Assembly: GCA_963733195.1 (NCBI GenBank)
Contig: CAVTCR010000052.1
Coordinates: forward strand, 35,713-99,712
Length of the DNA: 64,000 bases
Direction: 5' to 3'
Origin: an uncultured delta proteobacterium
GTDB lineage: Bacteria > Desulfobacterota > Binatia > Bin18
Below, one piece after another: positions 63,181-64,000 of this stretch; within the stretch, counting starts at the first letter, position 1, and each line of letters opens with the position of its first letter. The translations under genes were made by a program, and so were the position numbers. The notes under the pieces were generated by a model. The model was not told the DNA's origin. It saw nothing but the letters and a program-made list of their open reading frames with translations, and did no database searches.

Positions 63181-63204
63181 AAAATCCTCCTTCGGAGGAG
63201 GGAT

Positions 63205-63364
63205 CGGGGGTTAGGGGTTGGGGACTAGTAGGAAAAGTCAAAGGTCAAAAGTCAAAAATAAAGAAAGCTTCTCCTAGTTTTGCTCTTTTTCGTACTTTTG
63301 CCTTTTGAATTTTGACTTCTCTTATTTATTTCATTGTCTCCCGACCCCTATTCCCTGACCTCTA
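63205..63364. repeat. Nested inverted heptamer arrays
   Basis: Outer ggggttaggggttggggactag / cccgacccctattccctgacc; inner aaaagtcaaaggtcaaaagtc / cttttgccttttgaattttgact. Confidence 0.78.
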
Positions 63365-63982
63365 TGACAAGTCGGAAAACAGCCACGGCACTTCCTGTTT
63401 CCGTCGTTGCTCGTATGCGGTGATGTCTTTCTCGTGTTCTAGCGTCAGGTCGATTTCATCGAGCCCTTTAAGCAGACATTCTTTGCGAAAGGCATCAACG
63501 TTGAACCGGAACGTCGTGCCTGATGGCGTTGTCACTGTCTGTGCTGCGAGATCGACCGTTACTTGATATCCCGGTTGCGTTTCGATCTCTTTGAACAGCT
63601 GTGAGACTTCGTCTCCCTTCAGAACAACTGGCAACATGCCGTTCTTGAAACAGTTGTTAAAGAAAATATCAGCGTAACTCGGTGCGATAATGCAGCGAAA
63701 GCCGTAATCCACCAACGCCCACGGTGCATGTTCACGCGAAGAACCACAGCCGAAATTATCACGAGCAAGAAGGATGCTTGCTCCTTCATAACGTTGTTGG
63801 TTGAGAAAGAAACTGCGATCGCCTTTTCCATCTGGCCCATAGCGCCAATCAGAAAACAATCCTTCGCGTAAGCCCGAACGCTTGATGGTTTTTAGATACT
63901 GCTTGGGAATGATCTGATCGGTGTCCACATTGACCCGATCAAGCGGGGCAACGAGACCTTTGTGTTTGGTGAATGCGTCCAT
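63362..63982 (-). CDS. leuD: 3-isopropylmalate dehydratase small subunit
   Basis: [31 protein letters not shown] and GLDEI. Confidence 0.97.
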   Translation of the reverse strand: MDAFTKHKGLVAPLDRVNVDTDQIIPKQYLKTIKRSGLREGLFSDWRYGPDGKGDRSFFLNQQRYEGASILLARDNFGCGSSREHAPWALVDYGFRCIIAPSYADIFFNNCFKNGMLPVVLKGDEVSQLFKEIETQPGYQVTVDLAAQTVTTPSGTTFRFNVDAFRKECLLKGLDEIDLTLEHEKDITAYEQRRKQEVPWLFSDLS

Positions 63983-64000
63983 GCGTATAACTCCCTACAA

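Noticed and set aside
1-64000. CRISPR array, tRNA or rRNA
   Set aside because: No regularly spaced identical repeats with unique spacers and no recognisable stable RNA genes; the repeats seen are REPs or short degenerate tandems

Overview
A 64-kb bacterial chromosomal window. The gene content (cyclase-AAA-TPR paralogs, several luciferase-like oxidoreductases, a DUF1329-like protein, PEP-CTERM) suggests an uncultured deltaproteobacterium such as Ca. Binatia, but this is inference only. Many genes are broken by single-base frameshifts, most likely long-read or consensus errors. Bases 1-33k are a molybdenum/tungsten/selenium island: two moeA genes, a TauE/SafE-TupA fusion, a tungsten aldehyde oxidoreductase operon, modE, fdhD, a split selenocysteine formate dehydrogenase with a NuoEF-like partner, a form II coxSLMG-like cluster, and tupB/tupC. 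Two cassettes interrupt the island, each built around an adenylate/guanylate cyclase-AAA-TPR gene with toxin-antitoxin-type neighbours. Bases 33-64k carry vapBC, a fused ETF, minor pilins with pilD, tmk, a PAS kinase, an E1/E2 2-oxoacid dehydrogenase operon ending in an OsmC-like domain and lacking E3, hydrolases, a Co-type nitrile hydratase operon interrupted by a Rieske oxygenase pair, and leuD. Degenerate 7-8-mer inverted arrays and REP/MITE palindromes occur throughout, some in frame within prepilin leaders. The best candidates for undescribed biology are the probable E2-OsmC fusion, the TSUP-TupA fusion, the REP-bounded cyclase-STAND/TA cassettes, and the repeat insertions in cleavable pilin leaders. 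No rRNA, tRNA, CRISPR array or transposase was recognised.
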